Assembly (NCBI GenBank): GCA_046090895.1
Contig: JBJTAS010000023.1
Coordinates: forward strand, 6,914-70,913
Direction of reading: 5' to 3'
Length of the DNA stretch: 64,000 bases
From: Oxalobacteraceae bacterium
Lineage (GTDB): Bacteria > Pseudomonadota > Gammaproteobacteria > Burkholderiales > Burkholderiaceae_D
Positions within the stretch are counted from its first letter, which is position 1, and each line of letters opens with the position of its first letter. Both the position numbers and the translations under genes were made by a program. The notes under the pieces were generated by a model, which was given only the letters and a program-made list of their open reading frames with translations, did no database searches and was not told where the DNA came from. Below are positions 61,250-64,000 of the stretch, one piece after another.

Positions 61250-62185
61250 ATGAGCGTTTCAAACAAGCACCAATACAACATCGGCGCCGTCGCTCGGCTG
61301 ACCCACATTCATCCGGAGACCATCAGAGTCTGGGAGCGTCGACATCAGGTCGTGACACCTCAGCGCAGCGATACCGGGCGGCGGTTTTATTCGGATGACG
61401 ATGTCGAGCGGCTATTGCTCATAAAGCAACTGATTGATTTGGGCCACACGATCAGCAGCCTGGCTCATCTCAATCTCCTCGAGCTGAAGGAGAGACTGTC
61501 CACCAACCAAGCGAGGGAGGGCAACGCGCCTGCGCGTCACGAGGTGGCGTGCCGTGCCTTGTTTTTGGATGAGTCGCTGCGGATCCGCCTTGGCCGTGAT
61601 CTGCGCCTGTTTAATGACATTGAGGTCGTGGATCAATTTCCGGCGCGAAGCAGGGGAGACAGCGCATCTCGACATGAAGTGCTGATCATGGGCGTTGCGA
61701 CCATCAACCACCAGACTCTGAGCAGCATCAGCGCTGAAATTCAAGCTCACCAGTGTGAGTCTGCTGTGGTGGTTTTCAACTTCGGACAACCATCAGCCGT
61801 CAAAGATATTGAGCGCGCCGGAATAATCTGCCTCAAAGCGCCTGCGACGGCAGCTGAAGTTCGGGAGGCATGCCAATCTCTCGCCCGAGTAAAAGCCTCG
61901 ACACGGTCAGCGCCAGAGGAGGCTGCGGCGGACCACCGGTTCTCGGCTGAACAACTCGCCAAAGTAGCGACCATGTCGGGATCCATCGCATGCGAATGTC
62001 CCAACCATCTGGCGGAGTTGATTATTAACCTGACGGCATTCGAGCAGTACAGCGGCGAATGCGAGAACAATAATCCGGCCGACGCGCTCATTCACGCTCA
62101 GCTGAAACAATCTGCCGGGAAAGCAAGAAATCAACTCGAAGAAAGCCTGGCTCGCCTTATCGAGATAGAAGGGATCAAGATCTGA
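61250..62185 (+). CDS. MerR family regulator (LitR/CarH-like N-terminus)
   Basis: YNIGAVARLT...TIRVWERRH..V.PQRSDTGRRFYS; C-terminal CECPNHL...FEQYS.EC. Confidence 0.85.
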   Translation: MSVSNKHQYNIGAVARLTHIHPETIRVWERRHQVVTPQRSDTGRRFYSDDDVERLLLIKQLIDLGHTISSLAHLNLLELKERLSTNQAREGNAPARHEVACRALFLDESLRIRLGRDLRLFNDIEVVDQFPARSRGDSASRHEVLIMGVATINHQTLSSISAEIQAHQCESAVVVFNFGQPSAVKDIERAGIICLKAPATAAEVREACQSLARVKASTRSAPEEAAADHRFSAEQLAKVATMSGSIACECPNHLAELIINLTAFEQYSGECENNNPADALIHAQLKQSAGKARNQLEESLARLIEIEGIKI

Positions 62186-62291
62186 GCGATCTGTCATTTT
62201 CAGTCTTGCGTGGCGTGCATATTTTTCTGGACAAATTGCTTCGATAAACTCACGATAAGCCCTCTGCCCCGAAGCGTAAAACGAGTTTGGT

Positions 62292-62579
62292 ATGGAGTTA
62301 ACATTTGATCAATTCCGCTCCCTGATGCTGGCCGCTGGCTATGATGAGGTCATCGAACGCACCTGGCCTGCCCAGACCCGGTTGGAGGACCACACTCATC
62401 CATTTGAGGCCAACGGCATCGTGGTACATGGCGTCATGAATTTGCAGGTGACAGGCGAGTCACCACGCACACTCAGGCCCGGGGACACCTACCATGTGCT
62501 GGCCGGCGTGATGCATGCCGAGACCTATGAAGACGAGGCGACTACAGTCTGGGCTGCGCGCAAAAATAGCCGTCACTGA
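62292..62579 (+). CDS. Small cupin domain protein
   Basis: HTHPFE...G...PGD.Y......HAE. Confidence 0.75.
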   Translation: MELTFDQFRSLMLAAGYDEVIERTWPAQTRLEDHTHPFEANGIVVHGVMNLQVTGESPRTLRPGDTYHVLAGVMHAETYEDEATTVWAARKNSRH

Positions 62580-62604
62580 TCCCCAATCTAAAAAGAGGGC
62601 AAAC

Positions 62605-63447
62605 ATGAATTCGCCTCCCGGCCAGTTGGAAAAAAATCTCCTATCGCAAGACCGAGTGTCGATCTACCAACCCGAGCAAGACGGGCGGATATTTCCGAGT
62701 ATTCCTGAGTTTCAATCGCATGAAGCGCATCGCCATCATCTGAAACAGAGGCTTGTTGCGGCTTGCCGTGCATTTGCTTTATTCAATCTTGACTACGGAT
62801 TTGCCGGGCACCTGACCGTACGCGACCCTGAGCATCCGCATCTGTATTGGACCAATCCAATGTGCGTTCATTTTTCGCGCGTGACCATGTCCAATCTGAT
62901 TCTCGCAGATCATACCGGGACGGTGGTCGAGGGGAGTCATGCAATCAACCGCGCGGGTTATGTGTTGCATGCGGCCGTTCATGAAGAGCACCCAGATATC
63001 GTGGCGATGTGCCATGCGCACACTGAGTACGGAACGGCATTTGCGTCACTGGGTCGGCCCCTGGATCCGATCAGCCAGGATGCCTGCGCATTTTATGAAG
63101 ATCATGTAGTGATCAAGGATGAAGCAGGGCAGGTCGCGGTAGAAACCAAAGCGGGCATGAGCGTCGCGCCATACTTCAAAGGCGTGCGTGCGGCGATCCA
63201 CCAAAATCATGGCTTGCTGACCGTTAGCCGGCACAGTATTGAGGCGGCCGCGTTCTGGTTCATAGCGCTTGAACGCTGCTGCAAACAGCAGCTCATGATC
63301 GAGTCGGCGGGACACAAGCCCACCTTAGTGCCTCACGACCGGGCGATCTACAGCCGCGAGCATGTTGGCAGCGAGTACATCGGCTGGCTACACTTTCAGC
63401 CAATCTGGGATCAGCTGCAGGCGACTCAGCCCGATATGTTCGCCTGA
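62605..63447 (+). CDS. Class II aldolase/adducin family protein
   Basis: GHLTVRDP, LHAAVH, HAHT.YG, QNHGLLT. Confidence 0.9.
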   Translation: MNSPPGQLEKNLLSQDRVSIYQPEQDGRIFPSIPEFQSHEAHRHHLKQRLVAACRAFALFNLDYGFAGHLTVRDPEHPHLYWTNPMCVHFSRVTMSNLILADHTGTVVEGSHAINRAGYVLHAAVHEEHPDIVAMCHAHTEYGTAFASLGRPLDPISQDACAFYEDHVVIKDEAGQVAVETKAGMSVAPYFKGVRAAIHQNHGLLTVSRHSIEAAAFWFIALERCCKQQLMIESAGHKPTLVPHDRAIYSREHVGSEYIGWLHFQPIWDQLQATQPDMFA

Positions 63448-63522
63448 GGTCACACCCAGGCTGACGGCGCGTGATTTTTGATAAAGTAAGCGCCAGATTC
63501 CGCGCCCACCAGGGAGATTGTC

Positions 63523-63897
63523 TTGCCTTCGTCTGCCACGTTATTCATTCGCCTGATCCTCGCTGCATGGCTGTACGCGCCTGCTCAGGTGCTTGCAGAG
63601 TCATCAGGGTCGCATCCGGCGACGGCATCTCACGATGGTCATGGCAAGCCCGACGCCGAGACCGATGCGTGCTACGCGCAGATCAAACGGAATCCCTATA
63701 AAGCATTACTGTGTTTCGAAACGATAGACCCCACGCTCAAAATCCTTTTGAAAAAAGATCATGACGGCAACGCTGTCTACGAGAACCTGATCAAAGCCTG
63801 TGGCCATGAGTATGTTGGCGGCGTGGTGAATGCTAAAGAATTGGGTCTGTGCCGAAAGAAGCTAACCCCTTTGGATAAATATCCTCGGCTGCCGTAG
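63523..63897 (+). CDS. Hypothetical exported protein
   Basis: Signal-like N-terminus, His-containing linker, 4 Cys; TTG start after GGAG. Confidence 0.45.
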   Translation: MPSSATLFIRLILAAWLYAPAQVLAESSGSHPATASHDGHGKPDAETDACYAQIKRNPYKALLCFETIDPTLKILLKKDHDGNAVYENLIKACGHEYVGGVVNAKELGLCRKKLTPLDKYPRLP

Positions 63898-64000
63898 GTG
63901 CATCAGATTACTGAGGCCAGTGCAGAGGCTCGCGCCGTTTTCACGGAAGGCCCCCCAAGCCTTCCGTGTCTCATGGCGGAACACCTTCACGCTTGCAGAG

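Overview
Chromosomal DNA from a Betaproteobacterium (Burkholderiales-like gene set and order). The left part (1-35.7 kb) is mostly core genome: purM, an ATP-grasp/alpha-E/Anbu operon, an ActP-like symporter with a two-component system, recA-recX with a LexA box, sucCD, a sigma54-driven type IV pilin, tRNA-Leu(CAA), phaAB, glnS, alaS, etfBA with an acyl-CoA dehydrogenase, and rpsP-rimM-trmD-rplS. At about 35,760 a truncated DUF3579 gene is joined to the 3' part of fumC. The right part is accessory, rich in redox and periplasmic genes: three YceI paralogs, SbmA, SulP, a LysR/DODA-dioxygenase/cytochrome b561 unit, a glyoxalase-GMC oxidoreductase-cytochrome c-RHH operon with a palindromic operator, a Tat-signal HDAC, and XRE and MerR regulators. 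The best candidate for an undescribed system is at 40.9-45.6 kb: a sigma54 promoter with a perfect 16-bp upstream palindrome, an amidohydrolase with an internal Tat motif, a small secreted 6-Cys protein with a DHH N-terminus, a non-catalytic FGE-fold protein and a di-heme DUF1111 protein. Two copies of a 103-bp MITE-like element are present. I saw no CRISPR array, integrase or transposase. Scattered substitutions in conserved housekeeping proteins suggest an error-prone consensus, so the gene lesions reported here may be artefacts. Family assignments are from motif recognition, not database searches.
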